NCBI GenBank assembly: GCA_973895155.1
Contig: OZ316899.1
Span: forward strand, 5,521,241-5,585,240
Reading direction: 5' to 3'
DNA from: Marsupella aquatica
Taxonomy: Eukaryota > Plantae > Marchantiophyta
DNA length: 64,000 nt
In this document: positions 35,187 to 47,740 of the stretch, one piece after another
How positions within the stretch are numbered: the first letter of the stretch is position 1
How the letters are laid out: each line of letters starts with the position of its first letter
Notes under the pieces: model-generated
Databases searched by the model: none
What the model saw: only the letters and a program-made list of their open reading frames with translations
Told to the model about the DNA's origin: nothing
Translations under genes and position numbers: made by a program

Positions 35187-38100
35187 CACTAGTAGAAACC
35201 GGGGCAATTTAGACCATACCTTATAGGACTATGCCCACTAAGTTCTTTTTCCATACTTAAAACAACTCGCACCCATTGCACCGGTTTTGTTGAAGACTAG
35301 AAAAGACTATGAGAGTTTTATGGTTCACTAAAAGACTATGAGAAGTAACCTTGCTACTTTGTGAAGGGTGAATAGTCTAGCACATCATGGGTAATGTTCA
35401 CTCTATGTTGAGGAGGGGTAATTCTCCTTCATCTTTGAGCCGAAAGCACCGACGTCTATCGAGTGCCAAAGAACTGCTGGAGATCGAGCGAATTCACACT
35501 CTCAGATGTGGGTCGTGTCAAATTGTTTCCTCCATTGATGGCAGCCTTCTGTGAGATTGATTTATACTGTGTGGCTATCTGGGAGTTTTGTCGACTCATT
35601 TGACACCGATACTCCCGTGATTTCCTCATACATAGTGCCACTGCCCCCCCGCATTGTGTTCAATCCCTATAGCTTATAGCTGCACCACTCTTGGTGGCCC
35701 TTGCTCATGCCTTGGTTTTTTTTCTTTTTCCCATTACAGTATACACCCCCTTCTTACTAATCAGGTGGATTAATTTAGTACTAGACAATGCTTTGACACT
35801 TTACACTTACACTATGCTGACCTACTGCGCCTTCTAGTGCTTATTCCCTAGTTGTTACTTGTTGCATGGACCACTAGAAGAACGGCTTCGCAATCTTTGC
35901 CTGATCTGATGACCCTGGTTGAGTAACTCTTTGTTATTGCCTCCTTTGGGTGTTGAGGTTTTATGATGCCATTTGGCCTACTGGTTCCCCCATCCGTGGG
36001 GTTCACGCGGAATAAATGTAAAATTTCAAACAAAAAAATAAATCTATAAAGAGGGTGATAGCAAGGGGCATAACTCATTAAATGTCCTTATTTGTGACCA
36101 AAAAGGTTTTGGGTTTAATGAAGTGGGGTTCATGGAGGTTGGACCATGGAGGGATGGTCAAGATATTCTTGGCCATTACTAAATCCATCTATAAAAGGTC
36201 AAGATGCACAAAGGTAGATTTGTACCGGTCCTTTTTCATACATTAGAGCTAGGTCACATTCTTGCACCGGGAATATTGCATTTTAGGACCGGATATAATG
36301 TTGGGCAACCTTAATCCTGATTACGGCGTGCAATAAAATGTCACTACCGACCATGTATGTGCAAATATGACCATTCATTGCCTAAGTTGGCCATGCAGTA
36401 ACACTTTGTAGCTTTGTCCCACTTTGGGTGACACTCAACGGCTCACTCAAACGGTAAGGCTGAGTGGCTTCCCCTAATTCGGTTTCAGGCACTAAACTTC
36501 ACTTTGGGAGTCTCTTTGGAGTTTTCGCCATTGTCATTGAACTTAGAACGTGAGGGGTGGAGTGTTCGGGGTTTTACGTAGGGTTTTCCTTTCAGTGTTG
36601 CCCACTTTTTGCGACCATTGCGGAGTGAACTTCCCGCGCGTTATGTGCTTGTTTATGCTCTCAAGGAGCAGTGTTCAGGCAGTTGCAGTGATCTAACCTT
36701 GCGCTTGCAGTCTACTCATAGACCTGCATTCCTGCTCGATCTCCTTTAGGGACATTTAGTTTTTGGCTGGTAGGGCGAAGAAGGTTGTGGTTGCTGCAAC
36801 GTTCGTGAGGAGCTTGTCGGAGTTTGAGGAGTCGGAGGTTGGGGTTTCTTCAAGGTTTTGGGTGACAATCTCGGTCACAGTTGTGGTATAGACCCTTTTG
36901 CTGCACCCATAACGAGCATCGGGAGGCCGTGAGGCTCATTGGGAGGTCCTTCAGTTGTCAAGCTGCCGTTGAGCTGGTGAAGTTGCATGCGGGTTGCATC
37001 TGTTCTGCGGACACAGTCAATGTGGGAATCCATATTTTCATAGTGCTTGTTCTTGCAAACTGGGAGCCGAGAGTTTGGAGTCGGGAGCTAAGAAGGGTAT
37101 TGTTAGGCTTCAATTACTCTGTGGTTTTCTCCAGCTCCATGGTACAGTTTCAATGTTAATGCTTTGTCCTTGTGCTGGTCTAGGTAGCGCGAGCTTCTAC
37201 CTATTGCGCCCTCTTGCTGTAAGCGTATTGAGCTGCCAACTGAGTGATTCATACCTGTAGCTGCTTACGCGTGATCAAGAGATTGAACAAATGCCTAGTG
37301 CTGTCCAGCAGGAGAAAACTCTTTTTGGTCACGATCGGGCGTTGGAATATAACTAAGTGCGGCAGAGCAACACGGGGAGCTGTAGAGTTGCAGACAAGAC
37401 GCAACTACAGAGGAGGCATTGGGAAGGACACAACGGTGCGGTGAAGGTACAAGGACCGTGGACCCTAACTTGTTTGCTGCCTTGGGAGGATCCGGAGAGC
37501 CCGAGGCGACATGCTTCATTGAGCCTGAGCTAGCTGAATCCAATCCAGGAGTTGTTGCGCTAAGGTGAGACTTTGAGTTTAGGGTTGCTTCAGTGTCCGA
37601 GTAGGTTTTCTCTTTGCGTCGGCAGCTAGAAGGTAAGCTCGGGGGCTTTACAAAGGGTTAGTGTTGCGGACTTTCCCTCCTGGACGTTGTGTGTCTTCAT
37701 TTGCAACTTGTTTGTGGACCTGTGATCCTGAGACTGTCAAAATTGTTGTGGCCGCACTGACAACTTGATGACGCGTTTTGTGGATGCATCGTTAGTAATC
37801 GCGAGTACAGCTCTCCAACAATTGCACTTACCATTTTTGACCACCTTGCATGATGTCCATCCGTGGGCTGGACCCCAAGAAGTAGATTTCGGTAGATTTC
37901 GGTAGATTTTGTCTCTGCCCCCGGTCCTCGTTTTGTGCAATGTCCGCCTGGCACTTGGTTCTTGATCCCTACATTATCGTCTGCCGCTCGGCTGCTTGCG
38001 GAAGGGATCAAACAGATTGGAGGTGCTTGGTCTTTTCATTTTGAGTGTCAGAGTTTAGGAGGACAGCTTGCACCATCGCCGACAAGAATGACCTGCTTGC

Positions 38101-39580
38101 AGAACAAGAGGGACGAGCGTGAGCTGCTTGCAAAATAGGAGATTGACCGCGAGCACGAGCTGCTTGAAAAATAGGAGACTGAGGGCAACCTGCTTCTTTG
38201 TTGCTACTCTGGTTGCGCTGCTACATTGGTTGTTGATCTTCACCCACCCACTTGCCTACTCAATTGACAGAGTACAGCTTTGTCTCTGCGTCTGTTATTG
38301 CTGTCTTTGTCCCTCCCCTTGAAATTGTGGGCCTTAAAAGGTCAGTAAGTTGGCTTATGTAGTTTTTATGTCCCTCCGCTATGTCAATGCGTGTTTCATT
38401 GCATCAGGGCATCAGTCGCTGTTTGCCTATAACCGGACTGTTCATTCTCTGTCCACTCATTTGATGTAATTCTTCCCATTGCCGCCCAATGCTATGGCGC
38501 CCATGCTACAATTTGTGGTTTTTGTCTAAGCACAAATCCTCTCTGTGCCTGGTCTCTGTGTCCCGTCATTGGGATTGATTGTGTAGACGTTTCCTCTTCT
38601 CCCAGTCCTTGTCATCCACCAGCCAAAGCACATTGGATTGTTTTCAAAGGAGGGCTGTGTAGTTTGGAGGGTTTGATCTATGCAGCGGATTTGAGCAGAT
38701 TGGCGGTTGTTAGTTTCTTCTTGTAAAACCTGTCTGTCTTTTCTGCTTTTGGCCATGCTCCTTCACTTCTTGCTGCAAGCTCAATGTGCTTCAGCTATGG
38801 CAATATTCACTTACCCTATCCCAACGGCACTACCGTGAGCTGTAGGACAGCCAACAGAAGCAGATTGTATCGATTGCATGTAAGTCAGGGTATTTTATGT
38901 ATTGCGGAACAACTGTCCAAGTTTGCTGCAATGGCCGGTCTTGCGCAGCTGAATGAGCCAATTTCATTTTCCCTGTGCACTTCTATTTCTCAAAGAATTC
39001 CCTGGTCATGCTCATTTCCCCCAGAGTTAGAAAACAAAGAAGAAGAGCTAACTAATTGTAATTCCAATCCATATCCTGATCGGTCAAGGATTGTTCACTA
39101 CATTGGCCTTGTCATTGGCCGAGGTCACCAAATTTTGCTTGGTTTCATTCCTGTGGAGCACTGCTGTGATGGATTTGTCGTAGCATTCTGCAAACTCTCA
39201 CGGTTTGCTTATGGCCATTATTTGCAATTTGCTGCTACTAATATGTCTTCTTCTGAGCAGCATACACCAGAAGTAAGCAATAGTGGAGGTTTAACTGCAC
39301 ATCAACACATCTAGTGAACTACCTCTCTGCTGCTCACTGGAGGGTGAGACTTTCACTCTTTCTGGATATTGTAGTTTGTAAGCAAGTTGATTAGGAGTGT
39401 TTCATGCTATGTTTACACTGTGACCCCTAGCTGGAACCAATGGAATGACACAGTGAGTGGGAACTGATAATTTAAGGTTGGTTGCTGTTGGTGAGGCAAG
39501 TACAGCTCCTGCTCACCTTGCTGATCGAAGGTGCTTATCAGAGGACGTGAACACACGACATCTCCACAAAAGCAACACTT

Positions 39581-40030
39581 ATGGTGAGGACCCGCAACGC
39601 TGAACATGTGCGGCTTGCACGCAAGGCAGAGATGTTGCGCCTTGAGTATGTCAGACTTGGGATCCTTCCAGCCCAGTCTGCATGGTACTTTGAGTACCCA
39701 GTTGTTGCCAGGAACAACTACAGCCGGCCTGTACCTGCTTCTCCACCCTTCCCAACATCCTTGGTATTTCTGTCTCTCATACATGACCCGCCACAAATTA
39801 GGGCCCAAGGGTGTGTGCACAGTTGCCAATATGACTGTCCTGCCTGTAGGGCTTCTGGCCTAGAGTTGGATGACCGTTCTCTTGGATGTCGGTTTTTTCA
39901 CAGAGCACAATGTATCATCTGGAACCACTCGCCATCCTGCAGTGTGCCTGGCGATGTCACTTGTCCTGCCCTCCCAGACCCCACCACCGGTCACTTTGGT
40001 GTCTACACATGTTTGGATCACACGCGCTAG
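39581..40030 (+). CDS. Cargo ORF-A: PHD-like Cys/His protein
   Basis: Intact 149 aa; paralogue of 15049-15498. Confidence 0.75.
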   Translation: MVRTRNAEHVRLARKAEMLRLEYVRLGILPAQSAWYFEYPVVARNNYSRPVPASPPFPTSLVFLSLIHDPPQIRAQGCVHSCQYDCPACRASGLELDDRSLGCRFFHRAQCIIWNHSPSCSVPGDVTCPALPDPTTGHFGVYTCLDHTR

Positions 40031-40699
40031 AGGACCACTTGTCACACCGCATGCACAAACCAGAGACCATTGACCTATAACTTAACACTTAGACTTGAAC
40101 AGAGAGGATATTTACTTAAGATTTTGAATTATGACCAATTTTGGGTCCAGGGTTTAGGGTCAACAGTACATAACTTATCCTATTATGGCTGCACTAAGTA
40201 CAATATCCTAATTTAAGAGGCTAGCAAGCTCACTTAAAAGTCTCCTTTCAAAGACTGGAATTAATGGGCCATGTGATAACCTGGAAAAAGTGATTTCTGC
40301 CTAACTTATTTGTCTCATTCACTATCATAGCCTATTTAGGATGTATAAATTACAACCCTGATCACAGTGCTTGATACCAATCCTGTTCAAAAAATGCCTG
40401 TTTTACATGTCACGACTGTTATATGTGATTCAAATGCATTAAATCTTGTTGCAGATCTCCTTTGGTGAATCATAGCCACAAAATTGAGGTGTAGATGGAG
40501 CTATTGTACGAGGGGATCAGTTTTTAGTGTGGGCTCAACAAACCAAAAAGTATGTCTACTCTGCACATGTGTGTGAACATTTCATTGCAGTAGCAATTGC
40601 CACTCTAGTCTATATGCTACACTGTACTTTTTGTACACTGCACTAAATTGTATTGTCCGTGCACTCTGCTAAATTGTACTATCTGTCTCATGCGTAGGC

Positions 40700-41380
40700 A
40701 TGGCACGCCCTAAAATCCGAGCCAAGAAGCGGGGGACAGAGGTGAGCAACACAGGTGTAGTTGGGCCAGATGGTAGTAACTTCTCCGCAAGTCAGATTTT
40801 CCAGAAGGCAGCTCATTGTTGTGCCATTTGTGACGATGGTGGTGGCTTAGCCATATGTGAGGGCCCTTGCATGAGGCATTTCCACCTCAACCCGGAGTCT
40901 GACCTTGCTGCAGAAAACAACTGTCCAGGGGTGGGCCTCCCGTCAGCACACCAGGGAGGCTGGATGTGCACTGATTGTTTGGAGAAGCAGGCTAAGTGTG
41001 CACAGTGTGGGAAGTTGGGGTCTTATGAGGGCTCTGTTGATGCTCCACCACTTGTTAGGAAATGCCCTGACAGATATTGTGTGAGGTTCTTTTGTTTTTC
41101 ATGTTTGCCCGATCTTGCCACAGCTTGCCCACTTCATAAGTGCAAGGCATGTGGTCAGCACGATGAAGATTTCTGGGTGGACATAGTCCACTGTGTTAGG
41201 TGTCCCACCATGTGGCACTTTCATTGTTTGAAGGAGCGTCAAGCAGAAGGCTATGCTTGTGACAGACACATCTATGATCACTCTGCACATGGTGTTGATC
41301 GATGGATCTTCTATTGTCATCGCCATGCCATAGATCCTACTTTGCACACTCCCATGAGAGATCACATTTCTTGGCTTTGA
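40700..41380 (+). CDS. Cargo ORF-B: stand-alone EDM2/NSD-type composite PHD finger protein (226 aa) with basic N-terminal NLS-like segment
   Basis: CAICDDGGGLAICEGPCMRHFH...C...WMCTDC; CAQCGKLGS...CPLHKCKAC...CVRCPTMWHFHCL...IFYCHRHAIDPTLHTPMRDHI. Motif order and tail match the EDM2 PHD region as I recall it. Confidence 0.85.
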   Translation: MARPKIRAKKRGTEVSNTGVVGPDGSNFSASQIFQKAAHCCAICDDGGGLAICEGPCMRHFHLNPESDLAAENNCPGVGLPSAHQGGWMCTDCLEKQAKCAQCGKLGSYEGSVDAPPLVRKCPDRYCVRFFCFSCLPDLATACPLHKCKACGQHDEDFWVDIVHCVRCPTMWHFHCLKERQAEGYACDRHIYDHSAHGVDRWIFYCHRHAIDPTLHTPMRDHISWL

Positions 41381-41977
41381 ACCTGAATAATATACATGCA
41401 TAGTGCACCTGATGTGGATACCTTGGAGATTGCAGACATTCCAATTTTGAGAAGAGGACCTCTGTAGGAGAGGATGCTTAGGCAACAAGTACCCTAAGTT
41501 CATTACTTGTTCCTGGGTACATGCCTTCAAAAACTGCCCTTAAGCCTTCTAGGAACTTTTTTAACTCTGCAATCATTTTGATCACGACTTACATGACACT
41601 GCTTAAATTAAATCAGGACTTCTCATTATGAGCATATAAGTTACAAGGCTATTTAATTTGCGAGAATTCCCTTAAAGTGTACCAACATTTTGTATTCTCA
41701 TTGAATGTCTGCCCATTTACAACATCTGTATGTGGCATCACAAAACAATTGCACTTGTCACCTTCAATATTGTGAAGGCACATATTCAAACTATGAGGTG
41801 CATGCTTGCAGGTGTCTAGTACGTTTGTCCCAATATTTCTCCCGTTTGGAATCGGAGCAGAGACTCACCAGACGACTGGACTGGACCAAGTTATAAACGC
41901 AGCATTTTAAGGGCCCTCCGATTATCAGGTGAACGCATTATCTTCCGGTCTGCAGTGATTAGGTGGCCCGTGTGTAC

Positions 41978-42826
41978 ATGGCCTCTAGAAAACGTACAAA
42001 GGTTGACCACCCGCCTCTGTTGGCTGGAATCAAAGCCATTTTGATTCCTGGCCACTATGGGTTCACCCAAGTGAGTTGGCCAATCGTACAAAAACGATTC
42101 TCAGAGTTCCATGGGACTGAAGTCAAGGACATCACTCCACAGACTACACATGTTGTTGCGGGGACATGGCTGGATGTGATGAACAAGTGGTCATGGTCCT
42201 TCATTGATTCTGCCATTACCAACCAAGGTCTAAAAGTAGTTGAAGTCTCTTGGCTGACCGATTCTGTTAAACATAGGTGTGTACAGAGTACTGAGCAATA
42301 TGAGTTGTGGGAGAGTGAGGAGGCCACTGCAGAGGCTTTGGCTGAAAAGGAAGCCTATGAAGCACCGGCAGAGAAACCCAACTTTGCTTCTGTCCAATAT
42401 GGACCTGTTGTCAACATAGGACACCATCCTATGCGTGCAGATGCTATATTGAATGAGCATGGCAAGGAGAGAAATACCATTATGAAGGGGTTCAGTGTGG
42501 TATTTGCAGAAGAAGGAATTGGGGAGACTAAGTGCAGACTGTACAAGTCTATAGTTGTTGAGCTAGGTGGGACAGTGGAGGAGAGTCTAACAGAAACCTC
42601 CACTCATGTTGTAGGTCTGTCATACATGAAAATATGCAGAAAATTCTTTAAGACAACAGTGCGTGATTTTGTCATGAACAACAATCTTTGGGTGCTTTCC
42701 CCTGATTGGCTTCTAGAATCAGCAGCTAGAGGGAAGCGACAGAATGCTTGGGACTTTGATATTTTTGAGGCCTGGCCCTCCAAGATTCAGCGGAGATGTA
42801 TGCTTAGCAAAGGTGGGAGAGAGTGA
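41978..42826 (+). CDS. Cargo ORF-C: two BRCT domains resembling the Pol X/Pol lambda type
   Basis: BRCT1 ...TPQTTHVVA...VVEVSWLTDSV; BRCT2 GFSVVFAEEGIGETKCRLYKSIVVELGGTVEESLTETSTHVV...LSPDWLLESAARGKR. N-terminal RKRTK NLS-like. Confidence 0.85.
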   Translation: MASRKRTKVDHPPLLAGIKAILIPGHYGFTQVSWPIVQKRFSEFHGTEVKDITPQTTHVVAGTWLDVMNKWSWSFIDSAITNQGLKVVEVSWLTDSVKHRCVQSTEQYELWESEEATAEALAEKEAYEAPAEKPNFASVQYGPVVNIGHHPMRADAILNEHGKERNTIMKGFSVVFAEEGIGETKCRLYKSIVVELGGTVEESLTETSTHVVGLSYMKICRKFFKTTVRDFVMNNNLWVLSPDWLLESAARGKRQNAWDFDIFEAWPSKIQRRCMLSKGGRE

Positions 42827-43002
42827 GGAGTAGGAGTCCCTCATATTTTTGTATAAAACACAATTTTGTAATAAATGTGATCCTTGAACTAACTCATCTT
42901 GTCATGGTTGGTCGTAGTTGAAGTGATTGTTGTTTCCTGCTGCGTGGGGTGTGACTGTGAATCTACTTGCTGGGCTCTGTTTGGCTGAAGACTTTGGTGG
43001 GT

Positions 43003-43536
43003 ATGCTGCCTCTTCCAGACCGTCAGGCCCTATGTAGGGTCCTCCTACGGGTTGCATCGTGCATGGCTACTGCTTGGGCTTACTTGTGTGGATTGGTAAC
43101 CAGACAGAGTGTAGCTCCATCCGAGATAATGCCTGCAGACCTTGGATGTGTTGTGAATGCTGTGGTGAATGAGGATGCACAGTCGGAAGAGGACATTTAC
43201 TTTTCAGCAGATGAGTTAGACAAGCACGATGCTGTAGGTGGTTCCTTGTTGCCTGATTTGGCAGATGATATAGTTCTTACACATGTCTGGCCGAGGGTTC
43301 TTGTGGTGTCTGGCGCACAAGATATCTGCAAATATAGACTAATTAGTACCCAGTGGAGGGACTTGGTAGCAACATGTGCACCATGGAGGGCACTGCTGCC
43401 ATTGCTTGTAGGCACGGATCGAAGACCACCATGGCATGAGCAGGGTTTAGACCTTGATGACTTAATGTACATGCCTGAGTACCTCAGGGCTGAGTGGCAT
43501 CGACAACAGGATTGGTATCCGTATTTGATGTGGTAG
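43003..43536 (+). CDS. Cargo ORF-D: F-box-motif protein
   Basis: LLPDLADDIVLTHVWPRVL...ICKYRLISTQWRDLV. The C-terminal ~110 aa are nearly identical to copy 1. Confidence 0.7.
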   Translation: MLPLPDRQALCRVLLRVASCMATAWAYLCGLVTRQSVAPSEIMPADLGCVVNAVVNEDAQSEEDIYFSADELDKHDAVGGSLLPDLADDIVLTHVWPRVLVVSGAQDICKYRLISTQWRDLVATCAPWRALLPLLVGTDRRPPWHEQGLDLDDLMYMPEYLRAEWHRQQDWYPYLMW

Positions 43537-43862
43537 TAAGATGAGGACATCTCACACCGGTCTCGCACCTGGCACCTGTGTCTATGACTATACATGATTG
43601 GACTCTGATATGGTCATGGATGTACGTGCAGAGGCAGTACATGTGAGGACAGCGGAGGAGTTGACACCCTCAAACATTTAGGAATTTTGTCTCATTCACT
43701 TGAGAATAGGTACATGACTCAGGCACCTATATTTTTTGTTTTTTGGTTTTTTTGGAACGTTACGTATTTTGGCAAGTACAGTCGGGGGTGAAATCCTTAA
43801 CAGGAAGTGTATTTTTCACTTGCATAATAAAATGACAGGGTGCTGAGTGCGTGTGTATAGTG

Positions 43863-46800
43863 ATGGCTCCAAGGTTGCCTCTTCACAACCCATTTAGGAT
43901 TAGGCATCATGATTCTAAATTGTGGATGCGTGAACAAGCCCGGGCCGCCCAAGGTAGGAGTAGGAGGATGAGATGCCCATGCACACAGTGCCAAGGATTC
44001 AAGTCGTTGAGTTTGAACACTGTGCACCTTCACCTGCTGCGGCATGAAAGGCACCCTCGGTGGAGGGTTTGGAATGTACCAGCAGAAGAAGACTCCTCTG
44101 ATGAAGAGTGGAGAGCTGACTTTGTGGATTCTAATACAGCTAGGCGTAGAGACTACGTAGAGCAGGACATAGACTGTGCAGAGGATGGTCCTGGGGTCCA
44201 ACATGAGAACGTGGATGACCAAGATGGAGATGCAGAGGCAATCACTGAGGACGGTGGGATGGATGTCCCAAGAATGGTTCAAGAGATTTTTGAAGACCTT
44301 GATGCTTTTTACGACACAGTGGAATCAGAAGAGGACAATGAACCGCAGCCACACATTGGCGACGGCCAAGCTCAACCTGACTTTGACATTGGGGAAGGTG
44401 CAGCAGAGAGGGAGTGGGTGTTTGGGGGCCCAAAACACATCAAAGAAGCTTGCATTCCTATCTACGAGGGGTCGAACTGCTCCAAGCTGGGTTTTGTCGT
44501 GTTGTTGTTGAACATCTGTGGCAATCACAATGTTCCCAATATATTTGTGACAAAGTTGTTGACCTTCCTGCGCCGAAATGTGTTACCAGATGGTAATTCA
44601 ATTCCAAAAAATATGTACGAGGCTAGGAAATTGATGTCTAACCTTGGGCTGAACTATGTGTCTATTGACGCATGCCCTGATGGGTGTGTTCTCTTTCGCA
44701 AAGAGCATGCAGATAAATTGACATGCCCTCATTGTGGTAAGCACAGGTACAAGAATGTAGGGAACTATACACACCCTGCCAAGGTTCTTCGTCATTTTCC
44801 TCTCATTCCTAGACTACAACGTCTGTTTAGATGCCCTGCCATTTCCAAGCTGATGACATGGACTCCTGATAACAAGAGCAGTGATGGCCTGCAGCGTCAC
44901 ATTGGAGATTCCAACCATTGGAAATTTGTTGATGAGAGGTGGCCACAGTTTGCTGCAGAGAAGCGGAACTTTCGATTTGGTCTATCACTGGATGGAGTAA
45001 ACCCATTTGGAGACAAAAACAACCGTTATTCATGTTGGCCGGTTACGCTGCTAAATTACAACCTTCCCCCATGGATGACTACAAAGAGGTTTTTTGTCAT
45101 GATGGTGCTGTTAATCCCTGGACCAGCTTCTGTGACCGAGCAATTCATAGATATCATGTTGGCTCCAGCAGTGGAAGAGTGGAAGACTTTGTGGATAGAA
45201 GGGGTGTTAACCCATGATGTTCTGAAGGGGCTTCTTCGACCCAGCCCCTTTAGACTGCATGCAATTTGTTTGCTGGATATAGCAGATTACCCAGGCCATG
45301 GCATCATATCTGGACGAGTGACAAAGGGCTATGTGGGGTGCACACCATGTGGGAAAAATGTGACAAGTGAGTGGTTGCATGCCCTGCACAGTATGAAATT
45401 TCAGGGGCATAGAAGGTATCTGCCTGTTGATCATCCTTACAGGCACACACGGTCTCAAATTGCACACTTCAACAACAAAACAGAGCTTCGTGGCCCACCA
45501 TAGAGGGTCACCAGAGAGCAAGTCCTGAGGTGGGCAGCCAGGAAGGCTGATTGGGACAAGAGAAGTGCCACTGATCGAGAACCTGAGGATCCAGTGGTGA
45601 AACACGGTGTGAAAAGACAGACCTTGATGGACTTGGAGTTGGAGTACTGGAGGGTAATGTACTTAGCCTCCAGCCCCTGTATGATTGCAATTTTAGATTG
45701 GAGCAATGGTGGATTGATGTTGGTTACAATCCTCCTCTGTGGTTAATTAGTGTTTCTATTGTTGAATTCTTTGCTTTGTGGAGTGCAGGAATTCGAGCCC
45801 AGCAAACACAATGTGGACGTCATGCACATTGAGAAAAATATTTGTGAGAGCTTGCTGAAGTTCTTGTCGGGTGAGAAAGATACAGGAGCAGTTCGAGCTG
45901 ATATGCAACAGAAGGGGATTCGCCCTCACCTTTGGTTGAAGCCCCATGCAAGCAATCCCAATGTACTTCTCAAGTTCCAAGCTCCCTATGTGTGCACACA
46001 GGATGAATGGAAGACATTCTTGTATAGATTGAGCTGTCTGAAAGTGCCCTCTGGCTATGCTGGTGCCTTCAAGAAGCATATTACAAAGAATAAACTTGGC
46101 AGTATGAAAACACATGACTACCATGTGTTGATGCAGCACATTCTGCCCCTATGCCTCAGAGGTCTCATGCAGAAACCAGTCCGTAATGTCATTCTTCGAC
46201 TGTGCAATGTATTTCGCCATATATGTGTGAAAGTGTGGGATCCCCAAGGATTGGAGCAGTTGAAGCAGGATGCTGCTTATGTCCTCTGTGACTTGGAGAT
46301 ATACTTCCCCCCTGCTTTCTTTGATGTTATGACTCATCTCCTAATCCATGTGGTAGAAGAGCTAGGGCAGTATGGGCCAGTCAGTACCAGATGGATGTAC
46401 CCTATGGAGCGATACATGAAGTTGTTGAAAGGTCATGTGAGAACATACTACAGGCCAGAGGCTTCCATGGCATTGGGGTACATTAAGGATGAGACGTTGG
46501 GATTCCTAACAGAGTACATGGCTGGGTCTGGTGAAGCTATGACAAGAGTTTGGAAATCTGGTGAAGATGATGGAGTGAGTGGCGAGGTTGTTGAAGGTGT
46601 GGGACGTGCTGTTCAGCTGCCTGTTGCGATTCGAGACAAGGCTCATTCATATGTGCTGGCAAACACAGAGCCTATGCAACCATGGTGGAGGTGAGTGATT
46701 GAATTGACTTGCCTTTGTTGTGATGCTTCTTGTCTGTTCCAAGGGTGATCTTAGGTTGTCATGTGTTGTTTAGACCTAACTATGCCTGTACCTCATAATG

Positions 46801-47563
46801 CAGGGAATATGATATGCAAAAAGCTGCACACTCTGGGCAGCAGGATCCCTTCCCACAGTTTGAGCAGTGGATTCGGGTGACAATTCGAGAGCATAGTAGA
46901 CATCACCCAGATATGGAGAAGGATTTGTATCTTCTATCTGTGCCACCACGATTGTCTATTCTGACCTACAAACGGATGAGAGCTTATGGAAATCATTATC
47001 GAGTGAGGGATGAGCAGGGTGACCATTGTGTATCATTTGATTGTGGTTTGATTTCTGTGTTTGAGCAGAGAACCTCTGAAGAACAGAGGGGGTGGATGAA
47101 GATGGGTTACGTGGGGGAGTTGACCGACATTTGGGTGTTGAATTATGGTAACACAAGTGTCCCAGTGATATTGATGAAGGGATCATGGGTGAAATCAGAG
47201 TGGCAGAGACCAAGGGCCACCATGAAGCGTGATCATGATGGGTTCTTGTTGGCCAATTTTAGGTCCAGAGTACCAGAATGGTCTAAGCCTTTTGTTTTCC
47301 CTAGCCAAGTTGAACAGGCTTTCTTTGCAGATGTGGAGGAGTCACATGGCTGGAGGGTGGTATGCCATAGCCAAGCACGGAACAGGCGGATGGATGGAAG
47401 TAAAGTAGAGTTCAGTTTGGATGACCATGCTGCATTCGAGCATCCTAGTCATGAGACTGTACTTCCAACTCGGGCAGGGACTGACTACATCCCCTTAACA
47501 TTGAGAGAGACATATGATGAACCTGGGCAAATGGAATATGATGAGGTTGATGATTTGCAATAG
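43863..47563 (+). pseudogene. tnpD: TnpD transposase, exons 43863-45653, 45789-46690 and 46804-47563; one premature stop
   Basis: Same Tnp2 motifs as copy 1. In-frame TAG at 45501-03, probably from CAG. Confidence 0.95.
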
Positions 47564-47740
47564 GCAACAGCTGGCGATTGGCAAGTATGAGGTTGAGGAT
47601 GACTACCTGCACAGAGTCACATAACGGGAATTGCTGCCTGGAATGATGTTTAGGATAGTTGGATATGCATGAAATTGATTGATACTTTGAATTTAGTGTG
47701 CTAATTCTCCCTGTTTGGTTGTGGGTGCTATGCAGAAGCT

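Noticed and set aside
38784-39314. 176-aa ORF as a fifth cargo gene
   Set aside because: No counterpart in CACTA-1 and no recognisable motif; likely leader/intron sequence.
39581-47563. Bacterial or viral operon reading of the co-oriented ORFs
   Set aside because: The transposase has GT-AG introns, the domains are eukaryotic, and the unit is bounded by CACTA TIRs and a TSD.
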